The position numbers and the translations under genes are program-made. A stretch of 33,642 nt of DNA from Eubacteriales bacterium (lineage in GTDB: Bacteria > Bacillota > Clostridia > Oscillospirales > JAAYXM01): NCBI GenBank assembly GCA_045629985.1, contig JAZQSI010000196.1, forward strand, positions 1 to 33,642. Direction: 5' to 3'. How positions within the stretch are numbered: position 1 is the first letter of the stretch; the number at the start of each line of letters is the position of its first letter. Below the pieces are notes generated by a model. That model searched no databases. It was not told the DNA's origin and saw nothing but the letters and a program-made list of their open reading frames with translations. Positions 27,888-33,642 of this stretch are shown one piece after another.

Positions 27888-28490
27888 TTATTTTTTCGTC
27901 TTGATTCTCGACCATAGGACGATTATAATCTGCCCCGGGATACCGAGGAGAATAAGGAACCGGACGGAAACGCCCGCAAAAACCAGAAGCGAAACAAATA
28001 TAGAGACGAGCGTTGACCACATAAGAAGAGAGATTATCAAGAAGTTCATCTTCTTTGCAAACCAATGCGCGTTGAAAACGAGCCACACTATGAACGAAAC
28101 GGGAAGCGCATACATAAACACAAGCCAGTGGTGAAGCGCCGCATACTCGCGGAAAACATCACCGACAACAAAAACGGCAAGCGCAATAAGCCACACAAGC
28201 GTAATTGACATTCCCGTGATGAAGACGTGGTTTTTCATCTTTATGCGCACGCTCTCGCCAAATTTTTTCTTTTTCGGATGTTCTTCTTCAAGAAGAAAGT
28301 CAACCGTGACGGAAAAAATATCCGCGATTGCTTTGAGAACAACTATATCGGGCACGGACTCTCCGCGCTCCCATTTCGACACGGCTTTATCCGAATAGTT
28401 GAGACGTTCCGCAAGCTCAAACTGCGTCATCTGCGCCTCGCGCCGAAGCTCTGCTATATTTTTCGCAATTATAGTCTTTAACTCTGCCAT
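27888..28490 (-). CDS. XRE-family HTH protein with C-terminal transmembrane helices
   Basis: NIAELRREAQMTQFELAERLNYSDKAVSKWERGESVPD plus about four hydrophobic segments. Start moved to ATG 28490 after RBS GAAAGGA. Confidence 0.88.
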   Translation of the reverse strand: MAELKTIIAKNIAELRREAQMTQFELAERLNYSDKAVSKWERGESVPDIVVLKAIADIFSVTVDFLLEEEHPKKKKFGESVRIKMKNHVFITGMSITLVWLIALAVFVVGDVFREYAALHHWLVFMYALPVSFIVWLVFNAHWFAKKMNFLIISLLMWSTLVSIFVSLLVFAGVSVRFLILLGIPGQIIIVLWSRIKTKK

Positions 28491-28721
28491 AACTGTCCTT
28501 TCATATGTAAAAATTGGATTTTCTTCTCTATATGCGCTATTATAGCATAAAATCTTTGTCAAAACAATGTATTTTTTGTTAATTCTCCCTCGGGTAGAGT
28601 AGATTTTCTCACGCTCTACCGCGCCGCTTTTCGGTGAAGAATTCTATTTATTATCAGTAGGTTGAAACTAATTCTTTTTGTGGTAGAATAATATTATAAA
28701 AATCACGGAGGTTTTTTACCA

Positions 28722-29585
28722 ATGAACGAATACGTTATTTACACCGATACCGCTTGCGATATTTCAAGCGAGATTCTCGAAAGCTGGGGCGTGAAGTATG
28801 CTTCTCTTTCTTTCCAGTTTTCAAACGATGAAACGGTTTATAAAAACAGCATGATTCCCACGGGCGAAATCTACTCCAGAATGCGTGCAGGCGAAACAGG
28901 AAAGACTTCTGCTATAAATATGGAAGAGTTCAAGGACGTTTTCCGTCCCGAGCTTGCGGCAGGGCGCGATGTTTTGTATCTCGCGTTCTCGTCAGGTCTT
29001 TCAAACACATACAACGCGGCGCGCCTTGCTGCCGAGGAGCTTCTCGAAGAGTTCCCGAAAAACCGCGTTATCGCAATCGACACACTCTGCGCATCCGCAG
29101 GCGAGGGTCTTATCGTCCACCTCGCAGCCGAGAAAAAGGCTTCGGGTGCTCCGATAGAAGAGGTTGCACGCTATGTTATGAATATAATCCCGAACCTCTG
29201 CCACTGGTTCACGGTTGATGACCTTAAGTACCTCAAGGCAGGAGGACGCGTCAGCGCGGCTACGGCGCTTCTCGGCGGTATGCTCAATATCAAGCCCGTT
29301 CTCCACGTTGACGACGAGGGTCACCTCATCAGCATGTCGAAGGCGCGCGGAAGAAAGGCGTCTCTGGAGGCACTTATTTCAAAGTACGACGAGCTTGCTC
29401 TCGATAAGGCAGGGGAAATTTTCATCAGCCAGGCGGATTGCCTCGATGATGCAAACTATCTCAAAAAGGAATACACCGAGCGTTTCGGCGCAAACGTTTC
29501 GATAATCGCGGACATCGGACCCGTTATCGGTCTCCATTCAGGTCCGGGAACGATCGCCGTCTTCTTCCTCGGAAAGAACAGATAA
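28722..29585 (+). CDS. DegV-family fatty acid-binding protein
   Basis: IYTDTACD, KTSA, FSSGLSNTY, LKYLKAGGRVS, NIKPVL, IGLHSGPGT. Confidence 0.95.
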   Translation: MNEYVIYTDTACDISSEILESWGVKYASLSFQFSNDETVYKNSMIPTGEIYSRMRAGETGKTSAINMEEFKDVFRPELAAGRDVLYLAFSSGLSNTYNAARLAAEELLEEFPKNRVIAIDTLCASAGEGLIVHLAAEKKASGAPIEEVARYVMNIIPNLCHWFTVDDLKYLKAGGRVSAATALLGGMLNIKPVLHVDDEGHLISMSKARGRKASLEALISKYDELALDKAGEIFISQADCLDDANYLKKEYTERFGANVSIIADIGPVIGLHSGPGTIAVFFLGKNR

Positions 29586-29594
29586 GAAATATAC

Positions 29595-29637
29595 AAACAG
29601 CTCTGCAAGAGATTCTTGCAGAGCTGTTTTCTTTTTT
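29595..29637. terminator. Bidirectional terminator between degV and the repressor gene
   Basis: AAACAGCTCTGCAAGA/TCTTGCAGAGCTGTTT perfect stem. Confidence 0.85.
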
Positions 29638-30226
29638 AGAACCTTGCTCGGAGCTCGCAGACACGGCCAAGCACTTCTATCTTCGTTTGCGCGAGCTCTT
29701 CTTCCGAGAAAAACATCGGCGCATACTGCGGATTCAATGACACGAGGCTGATCCCCTCTTTATAGCGGTAAAACCGCTTGCAGGTTGCCTCTTCCTGACC
29801 TACGAGCACGATTGCAATCTCGCCGTTTTCAACACATGGCTGACGACGGACGATTACAATATCGCCGTCCTTCATTCTCGGCTCCATGCTCTCACCGTTT
29901 ATGCGAAGAGCGAAAAACTCACCCGTTCTTGAAACCTCAGGTGAAATCTCCTCATAGCCTATAACGTCCTCCGTGGCACTGCGCGGCGGCCCTGCCGCAA
30001 CACGCCCAAGAACCGGTACCTTTGTAATCGCTTCTTGTTCACCGCAAAGAACATCCACGCCCACTCCGAAAAAGTCGGCTATTCTGATAAGCATTTCATA
30101 CCCGGGGTTATTCTTTCCGCTTTCCCACATCGCAACGGTCGATTGGCGCACTCCGAGGCTTCTCGCGAGGGAAGTCTGCGAAAGTCCTCCCTCAAGTCTT
30201 AAGCGCTTAATTTCTCTGGCTATCAC
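29636..30226 (-). CDS. CI/LexA-like repressor: XRE HTH + S24 autopeptidase
   Basis: LSQTSLARSLGVRQSTVAMWESG HTH; VPVLGRVAAG (Ala-Gly cleavage site); GESMEP (Ser); ATCKR (Lys). Start moved to GTG 30226 by spacing from RBS AAGGAG. Confidence 0.92.
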   Translation of the reverse strand: MIAREIKRLRLEGGLSQTSLARSLGVRQSTVAMWESGKNNPGYEMLIRIADFFGVGVDVLCGEQEAITKVPVLGRVAAGPPRSATEDVIGYEEISPEVSRTGEFFALRINGESMEPRMKDGDIVIVRRQPCVENGEIAIVLVGQEEATCKRFYRYKEGISLVSLNPQYAPMFFSEEELAQTKIEVLGRVCELRARF

Positions 30227-30265
30227 AACCGCCACGCTCCTTGTTTACAAATTTATCTGTATTTG

Positions 30266-30380
30266 AGTATATCATTTAATATGTTAATTTTCAAGCGTTT
30301 TAAATTTTTTGTCGAAAAAAGAAATATTAATCTTGTTGACAGAAAATCGATTCGGTGATAATATATCATTACAAATGATA
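30266..30380. promoter_or_regulatory. Back-to-back promoters with 17-bp palindromic operators
   Basis: Leftward TTGAAA-17-TATACT (30294-30266); rightward TTGACA-17-TAATAT (30336-30364); TATCA-N7-TGATA-like sites at 30270, 30325 and 30364. Confidence 0.7.
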
Positions 30381-30434
30381 ACTTGACACGTTACGACAAC
30401 AATGAACTCAATCTTTAAGGAGGCGACAAATTGT

Positions 30435-30644
30435 ATGAACTATCCGGGCATTTTGCCGCGGGCGGTGTGCGGCAGTCCGGATTTTCAGACTCTGCCTGAG
30501 TACTTCTGCCCTGTATGCGGTGCGCAGCTTGACGGGGGAGACCGACTCGCAGAGAACAAGGACGGGGATACGGTAGGGTGCGACTACTGTATTCGGTATT
30601 ACGAAATATGGGAGACAAACAGCAATGATAATTACAGACATTGA
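30435..30644 (+). CDS. Small Zn-ribbon protein, phage-early-gene-like
   Basis: CPVCG...VGCDYC pair of CxxC motifs; RBS AAGGAGG at 30417-30423. Confidence 0.7.
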   Translation: MNYPGILPRAVCGSPDFQTLPEYFCPVCGAQLDGGDRLAENKDGDTVGCDYCIRYYEIWETNSNDNYRH

Positions 30645-30975
30645 AAGAGAGATTAATGACATTCTCGGCATCAGACCCGAGGATAAACCGCCGGCAACCC
30701 CACAGCGACGTGGAAGACCGCCGCTTGAAAAACAACCCATCTGGTCGCTCAACTTCTATGAGCCGACGAAAAACATTACATATGCAGTTATTTCCATGTG
30801 CATCAAGGAAGACTTCGCCCAAAGCCTCGACGAGCTCGCAACGCGGGTTTCGCGATGTAAGGAGCGCCCGAAGAACGAGTGTCTCAAAGTTCTCCGCGAG
30901 CTTCGCGAATGCGGTAAGCTGGGGTATTACGACGATTATACACTGCGTTTTCACACCTGGAAAGGTAGGTTCTGA
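30625..30975 (+). CDS. Hypothetical protein with AT-hook-like RRGRPP and possible C-terminal winged helix
   Basis: RBS GGGAG; overlaps the upstream gene and ends 4 nt before the next start. Confidence 0.6.
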   Translation: MIITDIEREINDILGIRPEDKPPATPQRRGRPPLEKQPIWSLNFYEPTKNITYAVISMCIKEDFAQSLDELATRVSRCKERPKNECLKVLRELRECGKLGYYDDYTLRFHTWKGRF

Positions 30976-30979
30976 GGTT

Positions 30980-31399
30980 ATGGACTGGAGGCTATGTGCC
31001 GAAGACGACCTTCGGCGATACAAACAAATGAAAATCGGCATCCTCAACTCAAAAGACCGCCTTCGCCTTATCTCCGAGACTATCCGCTCACCAAAGGCGA
31101 GCTTTTCCAAGCACAGTAAGAGAATGGATTCTGACCTCATAAACGCTATGGTTGAGAAGGAGCGTCTTGCAAATAACATAAATTCCGCAGAGAGGCTTCT
31201 CGCTATCATTGATCGGGGGCTTGACTCTTTGACGGATGAGGAAAGGCAGCTTCTTGAGAAGTTTTATATGTCAAATTCCCCCTCAAAAATGCGGCATCTT
31301 TCCGAAGAGTTCGGTTATGATCCGCGCACGCTTTACCGCATGCGCGATCGCGCACTTGCAAATTTCACTATCGCTATGTACGGCCTTGAGCTGTCGTAG
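30980..31399 (+). CDS. ArpU/RinA-like phage transcriptional activator
   Basis: N-terminal DLRRYKQM helix, coiled coil, then sigma-region-4-like IDRGLDSLTDEERQLLEKFY...LSEEFGYDPRTLYRMRDRALANF; 139 aa from ATG 30980. Confidence 0.78.
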   Translation: MDWRLCAEDDLRRYKQMKIGILNSKDRLRLISETIRSPKASFSKHSKRMDSDLINAMVEKERLANNINSAERLLAIIDRGLDSLTDEERQLLEKFYMSNSPSKMRHLSEEFGYDPRTLYRMRDRALANFTIAMYGLELS

Positions 31400-31443
31400 A
31401 TATAATATTTCTCCTTTATTTTTTCAACTTTTTTGCTAAAGGG

Positions 31444-31474
31444 AAAAGGCGAAGCATTGTGCTTCGCCTTTTTC
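31444..31474. terminator. Bidirectional terminator closing the phage-like module
   Basis: AAAAGGCGAAGCA/TGCTTCGCCTTTT stem between convergent genes. Confidence 0.85.
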
Positions 31475-31476
31475 TC

Positions 31477-33642
31477 TTATTTGCTGTAGATTACGCCATC
31501 CTTAAAGATTGCATACGCCTTCGGGATAAGCCCCGTATCGTATGTCATCGTAAACGATGTTGCATCAGTCTTCATCGCGTATTTGTGCGTTGCATCCTCA
31601 ACGCCCTCGCCATCAAATATAAAGCCTTTCTCAAGTGCATTTTCGCAACCGATAAACTCTGCTACCGTTGCGTTGTCGCCGAGAGCTGAAACGATGATTT
31701 TGCATACACGTTCAGCGGCTGTCGGTAAAAATCCTGCATAAACCGCCGTGACAGTCGTACTCGTTGCCGCATTGAAGGTGTATTCGCGGCTTGTGCTTAC
31801 AATTTCACCGTTCTTCTTCCAACCAACGAAGATTTTATATCCGCCGCCGTTCTGACGGTACGGAGCCGTGAGGGTAACAACATCGCCGAAGACATATTCT
31901 CCTGCGCCCGTTATGCCTTCACTTCCCTCTGCGGTAATAACGACGTTCTTGTTTGTAGCGACTTCTTCCTCATCGTATGCCGCAGTAAACATCATTATTG
32001 TGTTTACCGCGATAATTTCGTCATCGGGAGTGAATGTCGCAGGCTCTTCGATGCCGTTTATGTATCCTACCCAACCGATAGACTCTCCGACACCTGTAAG
32101 CGACGGAAGTTCAGGGATATCTATCACGTCGCCCTTTTTGTAGAGCTTTCGTGAAACGAGCTCACGGTTTGCATTGTAGAACTCAACAACAGAATCTGCA
32201 GACTCGTTGTATGAATAGAATGCAGAGATAAAGGTGTTTCCTTTCGGCGCCTTGAAGCTGAATTCCGTCTCTGTGGAAACGGGCATCATCATTCTGCCAA
32301 GTCCTATTCCCCAGTAGCGGAAGGTGTATCCATCAATCTCGGGAGCTTCAACCGTGCAGATATCTCCCGCTTTTTCAACGTGTGTCTTCTCAATAACGCG
32401 CTCAAGGAGTTCTTTGTCTTCGGTATGCTTATCGCTTGTTTCGCGAGCAAGCACCGTAACGGTCGCCGAAGTGTCCTGGACCATTGAAATCGTCGGGTTT
32501 TCAGGAGTAAATGTTCTTTCCTGCTCTTTCAGGAGTGTTTCATCAGTCTTTGAAACAACCGCAGGACCTGTCGCCGTAAGCGTGAGTGACCTTATGTCAA
32601 CATCCCATCTGCCGACATCGGGTGTTGTTGTACTGTCGGTCTTGAAGCTTTCGAAGATGAAGTAATATTCTCCTGCCGTATATGCGGTGAACTTACCTGT
32701 CTTTAAATTCTCATCCCACTTGCCGACTGCAATCTGATACGGCTCTCTCTCCGCATACGTCTGCGGAAGCCTCTTTGTAGCCGGGAGCAGATATGCCGCA
32801 AAGCCTACGTCATTGCCGTTTTTCATTGTATCAATCGAGAAGTCATACTGCGCCGCTGTCGGAATATCAATCTTGAGTATCGTGCACTCATTTCCCTTTC
32901 CGAGGTCGCGGAGACCGTTTGCCTTGATCTGGTTGTGCATTCCGCCGCTGCGTGCATATGTCTGAGCGGAGTCAAGGTTGCCTGTTCGGGCAATAAACTG
33001 CCACTTATCCGTTCTGGCGAGGTTTAAGTAGTCGTAATTTCTCTCAAACACGCCGTCATATCCAAAGTAAAGATACGGGTTTATTGTGCTTCGGAGCCAC
33101 AAAACGTGTCCGCGCTCTGCATCCGAAAGGCTCTTTGCCGTCCACGGGATGTATTTATCGCGTGCCTTTGCCTCCGCGCTCTGGTCAGACCACGTATTGA
33201 GCGGCTTTTGGAAGTTGGCAGGAGGCTCCTCCCCGATTGCCGCATAGTAGGCGTTGATGTTCTGCACCGTGTCGCCGAAGTACCAGGTCGGAGTGTCGGA
33301 GCCGTTTTCATAGACCTTGTTTGCCGAGTTGAATGACTCTGCGCCGAGGGCGTACTTTACCTTTCCGTCGTCTCCGAGCGCATCGGGGTTGTAGGGGTCT
33401 GTGTCTATAATCTCAACGGGGTCGAGGTGGAAGGACTGCGGCTGGAGATAAACCTGACCCATATTCTGCGAGCCCGTCTTTGCGCCATGTTCTACGGGAA
33501 CGAATGCAAGATAATGCGTTCCTGCCGTGAGGTCGCAGTCTGCAAACTTCTGCAAACCGCCGACAGATGAGTCGTATGCGCCTATACGGTCATCAAGCGA
33601 AAGCTTTGCTCTTATGTTCGCTGCCGCAAGCGTCTTATTCGC
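31477..33642 (-). CDS. C-terminal part of a second large surface protein (5'-partial), paralogous module plus InlB-B/Flg_new-like repeats
   Basis: Frame is open from the window edge (ANKTLAAANIRAKLSLDDRIGAYDSSVGGLQKF...). Contains LNLARTDKWQF, AGTHYLAF, AGEYYFIF, then APEIDGYTFRYW and FVGWKKNGEIVST...TVTAVY. Confidence 0.82.
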   Translation of the reverse strand, partial: ANKTLAAANIRAKLSLDDRIGAYDSSVGGLQKFADCDLTAGTHYLAFVPVEHGAKTGSQNMGQVYLQPQSFHLDPVEIIDTDPYNPDALGDDGKVKYALGAESFNSANKVYENGSDTPTWYFGDTVQNINAYYAAIGEEPPANFQKPLNTWSDQSAEAKARDKYIPWTAKSLSDAERGHVLWLRSTINPYLYFGYDGVFERNYDYLNLARTDKWQFIARTGNLDSAQTYARSGGMHNQIKANGLRDLGKGNECTILKIDIPTAAQYDFSIDTMKNGNDVGFAAYLLPATKRLPQTYAEREPYQIAVGKWDENLKTGKFTAYTAGEYYFIFESFKTDSTTTPDVGRWDVDIRSLTLTATGPAVVSKTDETLLKEQERTFTPENPTISMVQDTSATVTVLARETSDKHTEDKELLERVIEKTHVEKAGDICTVEAPEIDGYTFRYWGIGLGRMMMPVSTETEFSFKAPKGNTFISAFYSYNESADSVVEFYNANRELVSRKLYKKGDVIDIPELPSLTGVGESIGWVGYINGIEEPATFTPDDEIIAVNTIMMFTAAYDEEEVATNKNVVITAEGSEGITGAGEYVFGDVVTLTAPYRQNGGGYKIFVGWKKNGEIVSTSREYTFNAATSTTVTAVYAGFLPTAAERVCKIIVSALGDNATVAEFIGCENALEKGFIFDGEGVEDATHKYAMKTDATSFTMTYDTGLIPKAYAIFKDGVIYSK

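Noticed and set aside
29636-30226. Calling the repressor the host lexA
   Set aside because: The N-terminal domain is an XRE/CI-type HTH rather than the LexA winged helix, and no GAAC-N4-GTTC box was seen upstream.
30641-30979. 252-aa version of the ArpU-like ORF
   Set aside because: The first 113 codons overlap the RBS-supported 30625..30975 ORF in another frame and look non-globular; the family-like part starts at ATG 30980.

Overview
33.6 kb of bacterial chromosome, probably Clostridia/Bacillota (inferred from CIRCE/hrcA, a PyrR leader, DegV and sigmaA-type promoters). Both edges fall inside large, paralogous, minus-strand surface-protein genes built from an unrecognised ~215-aa repeat module. 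The left gene has an in-frame TAG at 502-504, and the frame stays open and homologous beyond it. Between the edges, left to right: an AraC-flanked hydrolase cluster (M81/MlrC-like, a non-canonical M24 protein, an ASRT-family protein); an operon zapA-U32-dut-maf-mreC-mreD-mrdA-Fe-ADH; a P-type ATPase homologue with eroded catalytic motifs coupled to a CYTH gene; a PyrR-attenuated uracil permease; a GNAT; hrcA-grpE-dnaK-dnaJ with CIRCE; an XRE-membrane protein and degV; and a ~1.8-kb phage-like switch (CI-like repressor divergent from Zn-ribbon, AT-hook and ArpU/RinA-like genes) with no integrase or structural genes. A ~130-140 nt three-way-junction repeat with covarying stems occurs twice, each time abutting a stop codon. 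No tRNA, rRNA, CRISPR array or transposase was seen. All family assignments come from motif recognition by eye; no database search was run.
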